DNA of 63,796 nt, filler included, from Trichomonas gallinae (Eukaryota), in NCBI GenBank assembly GCA_008369845.1. It is 8 parts of 8 records of this genome, joined end to end, with 100 filler letters (N's around TTAATTAATTAA, not from the genome) between each part and the next. Parts side by side here need not be neighbours in the genome. Positions count along the whole stretch, not along the records: positions 43,251 to 54,899 come from MRSU01000865.1; 7 more parts are not named here. One strand, given 5' to 3'. A program made the translations under genes and the position numbers. Below, piece after piece: positions 43,711 through 54,495 of the stretch (position 1 is its first letter; the number at the start of each line of letters is the position of its first letter). The notes below the pieces were generated by a model, which saw nothing but the letters and a program-made list of their open reading frames with translations, did not search any database and was not told the DNA's origin.

Positions 43711-45612
43711 TTATTTCTTGCCACCTCTTCTCCTTCTCGGCATTGAAAGCTGCTCAAGAGTCGTCTGCCACTCATTTGATTCTTGATGTTGGATTTCTTG
43801 GTCTTCGGTTGGCAAGAAGCTGTTCTTAGGCTGCATGTTTTCGAAAGGCGCGAAGAACTGGTCCTGGCTTGAGAACATCTCTGATTGCTGCTTCTGTCGC
43901 ATCGCGCGCGTCTTCTCGAAATCGAATGGCTCAATTATGTCTGGTAGCTGAGGCTCTGGTACACTCGGAACGGTTGGCATGTTAGACAGAGTGTGTTTCC
44001 TCGACTTCTTGCCGACCTCCATCAGTCCACGGATTCCCTTCTTCTTTGTTGACTCTCTAGACGAGAAAGCGCCAATCATTTCGATCTGCTTCTTAAGTTC
44101 TGCCTGTCTTTCATCTTCAAGACGCTGAAGTTCTGCTAAACGAGCTAATTCTTTCTGTCTTTCAGCTTCTTCTTGACGTTGGATTTCTAACAATCTCTGC
44201 CTCTCTGCTTCCTTCTCTCTTTCGATTTCGCGCTGTTTCTCCAGTTCTGCCTCCTTTTGCTTCTGTATTTCCATTTCTATTGCTCTCTGTTTCTGAAGCT
44301 CTTCCAGTTCCTTCTGCCTCTCTGCTTCCTTCTGCCTCTCGATTTCCATTTGTTTTTCTAATTCGATCATCCTCAGTTTCCGCTGTTTTTCTTCTTCTAT
44401 CAATCTAAGTCTCTCCTGTTCTTCTAGTTCTTTCTGCCGTTCAGCTTCTAATTCTAATTCTCTTTGTCGCATCAGTTTTCGTTCATCTATTTCCTGTTTA
44501 CGTCTATTTTCCATTTCAATCTGCTTCTTCAGCTTCTTCTTCTCCTCAATTCGCCTCTGCTTCGCGCTCTTTTCAACAACTTGTGGATGATTAATCTTCG
44601 TGGTCTGTTGAGCGGGGGCCTCCTCTTTAGCGGCCTTTTCTACTTTTGCGCGTTTCGGAATTGATTTAGGTTTATTGTGATAAGCAGCTTCTTCCATCCA
44701 AGAATCATCTACGGGCTGATTTATTTGCCTTGCTTGTTCTTCCTGAAGCTTCTTTTGTAATTCTTCCATAACTTTACTATCTTTGTCTCTGTAAACGTGC
44801 TCTACAACACTACGTAAGTGGGCTACTAAGAATGTCTCGCGCAATTGACGTTCTAACTCAGGCGCAGCAAGATCGGGATTTTTCTGTTTTTTAAGCGCTG
44901 TTATATTTTGACGATGTTGCTGTTGTTGATTCCATATCGTTCTAATATATGATATACATTCTCTCTGGATTCTACCTTCTACAATTATTTTATGCGCTTG
45001 ATCGAATAAATCTAAGCACCTATTAATGCCAATATGAAATAAAATTAGGTCGTAGTATGATAAATTGCATAAATACGATGTCTGTACGTCAACAGGTACA
45101 ACAGATAAAACTTCACTATGAATTTGAAACCATTTAAAATAATCATATTCCTCTTGTATCGAGTCCCTGGCTATATATCTATAATATGCCAGTTCGTGCT
45201 TCGCGTATTTGTAACAAGTTAACGAGATGTAATCTAAAATAATCATAAAAATAAGGTAAAAGAAAATACTATTATCTGTAAATGCTACAAATCCAGAGCC
45301 AACGGCTACGGTTGCCGGTACAACCCATATTTTTTGTTGTAGAAAAAAATTGAAAAATGCGCGCCATGTTGATAGACATCGCGACATATCATAATTTAAT
45401 TCGAATTTGCTATCTATTGTTGGTGCATCCGTAAGAAAATAATACGCTACTATTGCTAAAATTGTTAATACTAAATAACTTTTCCCAAAATAATGCAAGC
45501 AGATCGCCAAATTGAAGAGAATAACGTAGAACAAACTCTCCCAGTCTCTCCGCCAGAAGAATAGATCTTGAAAGACGACGGCCCGCGCAATAAGCCAGCG
45601 TCTCAAGTTCAT
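43711..45612 (-). CDS. Hypothetical protein with N-terminal TMs and long E/K/R/Q coiled coil
   Basis: 633-aa ORF, about four hydrophobic segments then charged helical region. Confidence 0.8.
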   Translation of the reverse strand: MNLRRWLIARAVVFQDLFFWRRDWESLFYVILFNLAICLHYFGKSYLVLTILAIVAYYFLTDAPTIDSKFELNYDMSRCLSTWRAFFNFFLQQKIWVVPATVAVGSGFVAFTDNSIFFYLIFMIILDYISLTCYKYAKHELAYYRYIARDSIQEEYDYFKWFQIHSEVLSVVPVDVQTSYLCNLSYYDLILFHIGINRCLDLFDQAHKIIVEGRIQRECISYIRTIWNQQQQHRQNITALKKQKNPDLAAPELERQLRETFLVAHLRSVVEHVYRDKDSKVMEELQKKLQEEQARQINQPVDDSWMEEAAYHNKPKSIPKRAKVEKAAKEEAPAQQTTKINHPQVVEKSAKQRRIEEKKKLKKQIEMENRRKQEIDERKLMRQRELELEAERQKELEEQERLRLIEEEKQRKLRMIELEKQMEIERQKEAERQKELEELQKQRAIEMEIQKQKEAELEKQREIEREKEAERQRLLEIQRQEEAERQKELARLAELQRLEDERQAELKKQIEMIGAFSSRESTKKKGIRGLMEVGKKSRKHTLSNMPTVPSVPEPQLPDIIEPFDFEKTRAMRQKQQSEMFSSQDQFFAPFENMQPKNSFLPTEDQEIQHQESNEWQTTLEQLSMPRRRRGGKK

Positions 45613-46541
45613 TTATTTCCACAAAAAAAATTTTTTTCAATAATTTTTGCATATTTGCAATCTATTATACATACTTATTCTATTTTTTAGATAATTTTGC
45701 ATAGATTTTTTAATCAATTATTTTGATGTGATTTTTGGAATATGTTTTATTAGTAGATATCATTGTTTTAAATAAAATGTTTGTTGCTATTTTTAAAAAA
45801 TTTATTTGGTCACTTTTATTTCCAATTTTAAAAAAGTGACAGTGGGAACAAATTTTTCCGATCAGCAGGTTTTTTCCATAAATTAAACTGATAATTCGCT
45901 GTTTCGTGATGTATATAATTCAATGCCAAAGATTTTGTTTAGAAACTCTTGATAGGATTTTAAAAGTGAAGTGAGGATATAAAATATGACATGTAAACTT
46001 TACGATAAAAGTGAAGACTTTCAATTTTGTCCATAACTCCATATTTACTGAATAACTCTCGACAAAAAATATTTATTGTAGTGGGCCATAAAGAACACTA
46101 TCATGTTTACGTATATAATTAGATCAGTTCTAATCTCTCAGATTAGTAATCGTCGAATATTTACCTGGGGCATTTTGACGAATGTTCAATAAAAGATTTC
46201 GTGTAGAACCCTACTAAAATGTAATCTCATAGATTTTAGCATATTTATATAGTGAAATATATTGAGAATAATTTCACCATTAAAATTTTTTTCATTATCG
46301 AGTTTATTCTGGCGATATTTCGATTTTTGGTTGATATTCTCCAAAATTGTTGATCCATAAACATTGAATTCACCATTGGAACATGAGCGCTCTGATATCA
46401 ACAAAATGCAAAACTTCTTTAAATTCATTATATTTCTAAATATTGTTTAGAGTGAACGAATTCTAAATAAAGCCTTGGTTCTAATATATATTTATAAACA
46501 TCAAATTGTTAAAAAACAAAATAAATAAAATAAAACAAATT

Positions 46542-48728
46542 CTATGTGATAGAAATAAAGAAAGCTCTGAGAGAACTGCGTTCTTCCTTGTTGAAAACGT
46601 AGTCCTGGAGGTCATCAGGGAAGAAAGAAAGGCAGTTGTTCAGATTCTGCGAAATCATGCTTGGATTTGGTATAAATGGCGGCGCGAAGCATCTAACAAG
46701 TGCATTCTCAATGTGTTGCTCTGAGCTGTACTTTAGGACTGTTGTGCAGTCCTGCGCGAGTCTTATTGCATCAGGAATCAAAGAAGAAGTGATAATTGAT
46801 GGTCTGACAAGTTTCTGCATCTCTCCGACGACTCCTTCTGCATAAGTCTTTGACTTAGTGTTGTCAGGAATGATCTCAGACTTAACGTTAGGCGAAAGAC
46901 TCATTACAAGTCCAATTGCGATATATTTTCCAAAAGCATTGAAAGAAGGGCCGCACATTTCGTTGATTTTCTGCACAGCCACTTCTATGAATGCTCTTGG
47001 CATTATATCGTGTATTTTCTGGAATCTCTCGAATAATTGAATTCCGATGGACATCATTGGATTTTCTGAAGGCAGGGACTGGTTTATAGCATCTAATGTA
47101 TAATTCATTGTACATAACCTGTCAACTCTCTTCCTTCTGTCTTTTATTTCGTCCCATTTCTTCTTTATTTCTTCTTCGAGCTTTGGCTGGATTTCTCTGA
47201 GAGATTCTCCCTGAGAATGCAGAAGCCAGTGTATTTCTGTGGATAATTGTGGATGAAATGCAGAAACAGTTGTTTCTTCTGCTTTTGAAAATGCATCATA
47301 GAAATCTGTGCATGTTGCTAGCAAATGAAGATCTCTATTTGAGAGAAGTCTGTAAATAGGACTTAATAACATGCTTTTTTCGAATTTTGTAGCATTAATA
47401 TTCATATATGTTAATGAATAACAAGGGAACCAGAAAAAGTAGTCGTTGTAGTCCTCCAATTTATCAGCCAAAGCCTGTTGGAAAACCGAATCAATGGATC
47501 TGTCGATTGATTTTGGAAGAGCCGCCATATGTTGAAGAGAAGCAACGAATCTGAAGAGTAAAGCGAGACTATGTGTTGTCATTAGCAATGGCTGATGAGC
47601 GCATTGCACGATATCGCAGAATTCTTGAAGAGAAGGTAAAGTTCCCGACGCGATTTGTGATTTTGTATCAGGAATGATGGACATTGGATCGAATTGGGCG
47701 AATAGTGGATCGTTTTGTATTGATTCGACGAGTTCGTTGTTGAGATTTTCTGTTTTTCCGAATTTAACTAAGAAAATTGTATAAATATCGTAGAAATTAA
47801 TAGCATCTGTCAATGGTACTAATCTTTTGGCGACGTATAATATTGGGAATTTCAAAAATTGTTGAATTAATCCATCATATAGTAAATAAATAACCATTTG
47901 GCTGTATTCGCTCTCTGGATCCTTGTTATTCTCTTGGCATAATGATTTAATTTTTTCGTATAATAGCGTAAATAGAGTGTTAAGGACGGAAGGCAAAGTT
48001 GAATAAAATTGATGAATATTATTAACGATAGCAATAGCTTTTGATATTAAATACGTTGCATTTTGCTGTTGATTGGAAGGCTGCTGTATATAGGAAGTGT
48101 AAACAGGCTCAATTGCGGCCTCAATAAAATGATTAAAGTCCAAGCAAGTAAAGAAACCTCTCATTGCATTGAACATCCAATGGTTCCTGAATTTTGTAGT
48201 AAATTCCGGTTTCGAACAATAAATTTCTCCAAACCATCTGACTAAATTTTCTGCGTAAGCTTGAGCCGGCTCTAGAGCCCAGCAATAGCCGAAAAGCGCT
48301 GGGAAAACGCAGCGAACTAAGTAATCGCAAGGACTCGCGAGGAAACGGCCCGGTGGGAATTTATTAGGATTTAACTTATAAAACGCCGGAAGGAAATTTT
48401 CGAGACTGTCGAGCAACGTGTTGAGAAAAGCTTTCATTGGCCCTTTTTGAAAATCAGCCGGTAAATCAATTGCAGCAAAATTATCTGAAATATTTTTCTC
48501 TTGCGGTCCAAATATATCCGCTTTAGTGACTTCTTGTATGCATTCGTCTGAATTTATGTCGAAATTTTCAGCTGAAAAAATTCTTTGAGCGTAATAATGT
48601 TTGCTGACGATTGTTTTCTTCAGGCATCTGATGACATCGTCCGAGATCTCATCGATGTGCTTACTTACGAGGAAAGAAGCTGCATGTTGCCGCAAAACTT
48701 CATTCTGATAATCATTACAACTCTTCAT
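46542..48728 (-). CDS. Hypothetical alpha-helical protein
   Basis: Long open frame; first ATG 48728; no motif recognised with confidence. Confidence 0.8.
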   Translation of the reverse strand: MKSCNDYQNEVLRQHAASFLVSKHIDEISDDVIRCLKKTIVSKHYYAQRIFSAENFDINSDECIQEVTKADIFGPQEKNISDNFAAIDLPADFQKGPMKAFLNTLLDSLENFLPAFYKLNPNKFPPGRFLASPCDYLVRCVFPALFGYCWALEPAQAYAENLVRWFGEIYCSKPEFTTKFRNHWMFNAMRGFFTCLDFNHFIEAAIEPVYTSYIQQPSNQQQNATYLISKAIAIVNNIHQFYSTLPSVLNTLFTLLYEKIKSLCQENNKDPESEYSQMVIYLLYDGLIQQFLKFPILYVAKRLVPLTDAINFYDIYTIFLVKFGKTENLNNELVESIQNDPLFAQFDPMSIIPDTKSQIASGTLPSLQEFCDIVQCAHQPLLMTTHSLALLFRFVASLQHMAALPKSIDRSIDSVFQQALADKLEDYNDYFFWFPCYSLTYMNINATKFEKSMLLSPIYRLLSNRDLHLLATCTDFYDAFSKAEETTVSAFHPQLSTEIHWLLHSQGESLREIQPKLEEEIKKKWDEIKDRRKRVDRLCTMNYTLDAINQSLPSENPMMSIGIQLFERFQKIHDIMPRAFIEVAVQKINEMCGPSFNAFGKYIAIGLVMSLSPNVKSEIIPDNTKSKTYAEGVVGEMQKLVRPSIITSSLIPDAIRLAQDCTTVLKYSSEQHIENALVRCFAPPFIPNPSMISQNLNNCLSFFPDDLQDYVFNKEERSSLRAFFISIT

Positions 48729-49832
48729 TTTTGTCAATTTTCAGCAAAATTAAATCTTTGCTTTCTTTCGATATTTACATTTTTCTACCCACATATTGTT
48801 TGTATTTAAATTTTTGGCTTGAAAAAATCAAATTTTGATTGAAAAATTTTTTGATTTTTGTATTTTTGAAATCTTCATTTAGAAATATTATCAAATATAT
48901 CAACATGATTTTCTTTATCAAGAAAAAATCAACAAAAATGGATATAATATAACTAATAAATTATGTTGATTTTTTAAATTTCAATTTTTTTGGACGATAG
49001 AAGGATTTATTTTTTATTCCAAATCAGCATAAGTATTTTATTTTAGACCATACATAGATTAATATTAAAAATTCTGCTGAGTCGTTACGCTGAAGTAAAC
49101 TTGAAAAAAAGAAGATTGAAAGGAAATAATACGATTATAATGGAATACTTCAGAAGTAGATCAGTTTTATAGTATTATTTTCGACCTGATAACCACATTC
49201 TTTAATTATTACGGGCTCTCAATATTTGAATGATGTTTTAACAAATTCAATGTCAGCCCTGAATTTTCTAAAAAATATTTGCGGAATAAACTATGTTATA
49301 TCTGCTCATGCTGTAAAGTAATATTATCACAAATCAAGGATTTTAATTTTCGCTAACTCTTAATATAATAAATTCGCTGCCTCATATATGAGCATTTGAT
49401 TTTTCATTCATTCGTCCAATTTAAAATAAAAAAAATGAAAATCCATAAAATGCTTATCAATTATATGCTATATAGTTCTCAATTCTTCTGGAAATTTCTA
49501 TGATATTTGGCTAAATTTATACAGAATGTTCCATGATAGCTGGGTATCTTTATGCTCCCGACAGTGCGCAGTTTTTTCACGCAGAAAACCGCCACAACTT
49601 TTGAAAGATGATTTATTTTTCAAATAAATTTAATCATCATCCGTGAATCCAGATGAATCATATTATTGCATGAAATATTTAAAAATTTTGTTTGTTAGTT
49701 GAAAAAACGTATATTTATGAAACATCGACATATTTCATAGTTCTATACATCACAGAGTTCGCAGCTTGTTTTATTCAAATTAATACGACGATAAAAATGT
49801 AAACTATATATTAATAAATCTCTAAAATAACG

Positions 49833-50969
49833 ATGCTAGGCCGACGCATTTCTGGAAAATATGAAATTCTAGGGAAGATCGGCGCTGGCTCGTTTGGAGA
49901 GATATATACTGCACGGAGTTTGCTAAATGGTAAAGTCTACGCCATAAAAGCGGAATCAGCAAATTCGCCTGCACCTCAATTACTCAGAGAAACTCGAATT
50001 TACAAGCTATTATCGGGAGAAATAGGTATACCCAACTGCTACGGGTACTTTATCGATGATGATTTCAATTGTCTTGTAATGGATTTGCTCGGAAAATCAT
50101 TAGAATCGTATCATACTATCGCACCACAAGTATTTGATGTTCAGACAGTCGCTACGTTAGCTTATCAGATGATTTCTCGTGTACAATTTCTTCATTCAAA
50201 AGGATTCATCCACCAAGATATTAAACCAGATAATTTCGTCGTCGGACCAGGCAAAGACAACAATATAGTATATCTTATCGATTTCGGCCTATCAAAACGT
50301 TATATTGATGTTAAAACAAAAAGTCATATTCAATATCGCGAAGGAAGACCTCTCACAGGCACTGCAAGATATGCTTCGTTGAATACACACCTTGGAATAG
50401 AACAAAGCCGGAGAGATGATATAGAAAGTATATCTTACGTTCTTGTTTATTTATTAAAAGGCAAGTTACCATGGCAAGGTATAAAGGCAAAGACAAAAAA
50501 GGAAAAATACGAGCACATCGCGCAGAAAAAGTTTGCAACTAATGCGGAAATGTTATGTGAAGGCCTCCCGCCAGAATTCATGAATTTTGTTAATGAAGCC
50601 AGAAAATTAGATTTTATGGAGCGTCCAAATTATGAAAAATATCGCGAAATGTTCAAAAATTTAATTCTTCGAGAACAATATGCTTTTAGCATATCTAGAA
50701 TTACGGCAGTTTCTGTTCCAGACATTATTGAGTCTGTTGCAAGTCAAGATATGATCGCAGAAAATAATAATACTTCAGATTCGAAAGAAAAATCAGCTGA
50801 TCTCTTAACAGATCGTTTGATGTACCCTGAAAGGACATCAAGTACACCAATGATATACAAAAACCCTTCTCAAAGGTTCGATAAGCAGGCTATTCTCGGC
50901 CATAATTCTTTCTTACATAGAGTTCCATCCGGACGGGTTTCAGTCAGACCCACCGAAACTTTTATATAA
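49833..50969 (+). CDS. Casein kinase 1 family kinase
   Basis: IGAGSFGEIY, LVMDLLGKSLE, DIKPDNF, IDFGLSK, LTGTARYAS, EQSRRDD, LPWQG. Confidence 0.96.
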   Translation: MLGRRISGKYEILGKIGAGSFGEIYTARSLLNGKVYAIKAESANSPAPQLLRETRIYKLLSGEIGIPNCYGYFIDDDFNCLVMDLLGKSLESYHTIAPQVFDVQTVATLAYQMISRVQFLHSKGFIHQDIKPDNFVVGPGKDNNIVYLIDFGLSKRYIDVKTKSHIQYREGRPLTGTARYASLNTHLGIEQSRRDDIESISYVLVYLLKGKLPWQGIKAKTKKEKYEHIAQKKFATNAEMLCEGLPPEFMNFVNEARKLDFMERPNYEKYREMFKNLILREQYAFSISRITAVSVPDIIESVASQDMIAENNNTSDSKEKSADLLTDRLMYPERTSSTPMIYKNPSQRFDKQAILGHNSFLHRVPSGRVSVRPTETFI

Positions 50970-51257
50970 ATGTTTGTATTTTCTTTGTTTATATAACAGA
51001 TTATTTAATATAATACAAAAAAACACAAAAGACAATCATGTGATTTCCTTATTGGAAATCGTTAATCACATTATTACAGTATAGATTTTGAAGGCCGTGG
51101 ATCTGAATCCGTTTTTACTGCAATTTTTTAGAAAGGATTAACGAACTTCGTCTTCTGAGCTGAACCGCATGTTTTAATATGAATATATATATTTACAAAC
51201 AACAAACATATAAACAAAACAAAGTAAAAACAATAAAAATTATTTTTGGAAAATATT

Positions 51258-51713
51258 CTAATGAGTCTGTCTTATTAGAGCATCTACTTCTGAATTGATG
51301 GTTCTGAGCTTCTCTTTTTGCGTCTTGAAAACACCTCCACGTACATCCTGCGCAATTAATTTTTTAAGTTCAAATGATACGGCTTCAATATAATCGTCAT
51401 CCATTCGTTTAGGAGGCGATTTAGATTGAATGACATAGGTATCTTGAATAGCTGCGAGTGCATCTTGATGTTTTTTAATTAATCTTTCTTTCTGTCGCTT
51501 ATATTTGATTTGCAATTCCGATAATTTTTTAAGATATTCTTTTTCTTGGTTTTGGATGTTTTGCATCCTTTGTTCTTGTTGATCTTGCAATTTTTTAATC
51601 GTGTTATTATGTCTGCGCATTTCTTTTGCTTTTGCTTGCTCGAATCTTTCATCTGCTTCATCCTGTGTACTAAACCCAGGATCTTTCTCCATCTGTTTCG
51701 ATTTCTTTGACAT
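51258..51713 (-). CDS. Small coiled-coil hypothetical protein
   Basis: 151-aa charged helical ORF with TCACTT initiator-like sequence directly upstream. Confidence 0.75.
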   Translation of the reverse strand: MSKKSKQMEKDPGFSTQDEADERFEQAKAKEMRRHNNTIKKLQDQQEQRMQNIQNQEKEYLKKLSELQIKYKRQKERLIKKHQDALAAIQDTYVIQSKSPPKRMDDDYIEAVSFELKKLIAQDVRGGVFKTQKEKLRTINSEVDALIRQTH

Positions 51714-51778
51714 TCAAGTGAAATAACAGACGTTTAAAATTATTTTTTTGACATCATTTTTACACAGCAAAAATCAAT

Positions 51779-52025
51779 TTTACATGTCAAATATACGTTA
51801 TATAATTACATGTCGGTTTTTAATATTTACATGCCAATATGAGAGTCAAATATACAACTTTACTTGTCAGGTTTAATCAATGACAAAAATTAATTTTACA
51901 TGTCAAAAAATTAGGTGTCAAATTTTAATCAATTGTTTCACTTTACTTGTCAAATATAGAACAATTGCATTCAAATTTATTTATTTACACGTATAATTAT
52001 CATCAAAAAGAATTTACATGACAAA
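51779..52025 (+). promoter_or_regulatory. Cluster of seven TTACWTGNC motifs in a divergent promoter
   Basis: Copies at about 51779, 51805, 51826, 51859, 51895, 51942 and 52013, same orientation. Confidence 0.6.
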
Positions 52026-52037
52026 AAATTTAATATT

Positions 52038-53879
52038 ATGTCTAACCCAGAGGTGAAACCTCCAAATGACGCAAAGCTCGATATTACAATTCAGAAACCA
52101 AGCCATGGCTCTGGGGCTAACCTTTTCGATAACCTCAAGCTCAACATCCAGAAGAAAGAAGAGCCTCCGGTTCAAACTAAGCCAATTGGATTTTCAATCG
52201 AAAAGAAGAGCAAATCTGCTGATCTGAAGTTCACAGGTGTTAAGATACCAGATTTTAATGATATCTTGACAATGATGGACAATGAAGGCGGAAAGAAATT
52301 CACAAGAGAATCAAAAGGTTATATCAAACTTACAAACTTAATCAAAAACGCTTCTAATATCGACACATCGCAAATTAAACCAATCAGACACTATCATGGT
52401 CCTAAGGAGGCTAAATTAAACTTAAAAGATGCAAATAGATTCATGCCACAGAGCCAAATCAAGGCAGCTAATCTTTGGGAGGAGGATTCAGCTGAAGCCT
52501 TCAGATACGTCGTAAATATGATTCTCAACAGACTCACAGAAAAACATGTCGAATCTACAATTGAAGAACTCGAACAACATATCAAGGACGACTCCCACAG
52601 AAAGGATATCTCTGAGATTTTATTCGAAAAAGTACAAAGAGAGCCTGCTTTCTCAAATGTTTACGCTCAATTCACAACAAAGCTCTCTGATGATAGTTTA
52701 CGCGAGGAAATTCTCAAGAAATCAATCTTTGCATTCGAAGATTATCTTTGCAATACTCCAACAAGCGAAGATGAAGGTATTTACTCAAATGGAACAGCAA
52801 GATTCATTGCCAGCCTTATTAACACTTCTGCTATCCCAATTAATGATGGTCTCCCACACCTCTCTAAGCTCCTTGACAGAGTCATCGAAACAAAGATGAA
52901 TCCATATTTGATCGAAATGCTCGAAATTTTCTTCAAATTCGCAGGCAAAGACTTCATGAAAGAAGTTGACGCATCGCTTTGGGCCAAATTCCAGAAAATT
53001 AATGATTCTGTTTCTAAAAATACAAGACTTGGCTGCCTTTTGATGAATATTGATGATTTGCGCGAAGAATTGGCTGATAATCACACAGTTAAGCAAGCTC
53101 CACCAGTTGTTCACGAAAAAGTTGACGATCCAGCAGATATTATCAGAAGTTATTATTGTGATTTTTGCGAAGGCACAGATATGAAGCCTATTCCACTCAC
53201 TATCCCAGATTACTTACCAATTGCACTTCACCAGCTCCCAGATCATGTCAGAGATGCTCCGCTTTATGGATTATTCGTTGCAATTTCTGTAAATAACTGC
53301 CAAAAGTCAACAACGCACGCATATATCGAAATCACTGATGCTTTGAAGGCATTCACAGCCGAAATTAGGGAAACACAGCTCGATAAAGAATGTCCAAGCA
53401 TTTGGCAGTCATACTACAACCTTCTCGTCGCCTGCTACATTTTCAACAGATTCAACTTTAATTCAATCACAGATATATTCCCAGAAAAGACACAGAAAGC
53501 TGATTGGATAAATGATTCAAAGTATTTCATTTATGATAATTTCGATTTTACGCGTGGATACACGACAACATCGAAGAACTTAGTCGAAATCAACGATGCC
53601 ATGTCCATGCCAGATACAATCGATAGCAGGACCAAAGATTCTCCAATGTCAAGACTCGTTGCAATCGCAATTTGCAGGACAGTCATTAACAAGGCCTTTG
53701 CAAACATTGCTGCCCCTGAGACTGCTGAGGAGAAGTTCTCAGAGATCATCCAAAAATATTCTACACAACTCCAGCAAGTTTATCAGAAATATCAAAAAGT
53801 TTTTGATGAAGAATTTGATCCTGAAGGTTATGAATTCCCAATTTCATTAGAAAATATTATTTCTCTTATTAATGTTTAA
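52038..53879 (+). CDS. MIF4G-domain protein (eIF4G-like)
   Basis: VNMILNRLT, LFEKVQREPAFSNVYAQ, G.ARFIA.L, SKNTRLGCLL. Confidence 0.85.
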   Translation: MSNPEVKPPNDAKLDITIQKPSHGSGANLFDNLKLNIQKKEEPPVQTKPIGFSIEKKSKSADLKFTGVKIPDFNDILTMMDNEGGKKFTRESKGYIKLTNLIKNASNIDTSQIKPIRHYHGPKEAKLNLKDANRFMPQSQIKAANLWEEDSAEAFRYVVNMILNRLTEKHVESTIEELEQHIKDDSHRKDISEILFEKVQREPAFSNVYAQFTTKLSDDSLREEILKKSIFAFEDYLCNTPTSEDEGIYSNGTARFIASLINTSAIPINDGLPHLSKLLDRVIETKMNPYLIEMLEIFFKFAGKDFMKEVDASLWAKFQKINDSVSKNTRLGCLLMNIDDLREELADNHTVKQAPPVVHEKVDDPADIIRSYYCDFCEGTDMKPIPLTIPDYLPIALHQLPDHVRDAPLYGLFVAISVNNCQKSTTHAYIEITDALKAFTAEIRETQLDKECPSIWQSYYNLLVACYIFNRFNFNSITDIFPEKTQKADWINDSKYFIYDNFDFTRGYTTTSKNLVEINDAMSMPDTIDSRTKDSPMSRLVAIAICRTVINKAFANIAAPETAEEKFSEIIQKYSTQLQQVYQKYQKVFDEEFDPEGYEFPISLENIISLINV

Positions 53880-54342
53880 CTAAATCAATAGATGTTTAAA
53901 TAATAATATTTTATTTTTTATCAACAATGGGTCTTATATATCAGCATTTAAAGTAAACAAATGTTAGATCTCATAATTTAACATAAAATAAATATCAAAT
54001 CGATTTCATAATGTTTATTTAAATTAAAAATCACATTTATTATAGAGAAAGTGATGTTTAAATTCATGAATATTGAATAAAAATGTAAGATAGTACTAGT
54101 GTATTATTTATAGCCCTAAAATACTAAAGATTAAAAATGGAGAACTGGCAAAACTAGTTTTACATGACAGTTTTGTTATGTAAAAACCGATTTTATTGTA
54201 ATTTTGTTTATTAATCAATTTCCTGTAGATGTGATATCTTACGTTGGGAAAAGTGACAAAAAATGTTTAATCCGAAATAAATGAATGACACGATTACGTT
54301 AATGTTTACACAAAAATTTCGGAATTTACACATTTTATTTTT

Positions 54343-54495
54343 ATGGGATCAGCGTTAAGTGAGTCCATCATTCTTATTGCCTGCATATTGGTTATGGTTG
54401 GGATCTGCTTATCGTTCTGGTACCCGTTGGTATGCATGAGACCCTTCCATAAATGGCTAGCAAAACATCAACAATCGGAAGTCTACGAAGTTTGA
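54343..54495 (+). CDS. 50-aa single-pass membrane microprotein, paralog of 4148-4384
   Basis: MGSALSESIILIACILVMVGICLSFWYPLVCMRPFHKWLAKHQQSEVYEV*; aligns without gaps to the 78-aa protein. Confidence 0.72.
   Translation: MGSALSESIILIACILVMVGICLSFWYPLVCMRPFHKWLAKHQQSEVYEV

Noticed and set aside
46186..46428. 80-aa ORF and similar short AT-rich ORFs (4796, 15894, 24168, 26995, 36648, 54548, 63427)
   Set aside because: Composition matches intergenic DNA and no motifs are recognisable
51109..51131. U5 snRNA (TTTTAC plus Sm-like site)
   Set aside because: Lacks the invariant GCCTTTTAC loop and the Sm-like site is too close
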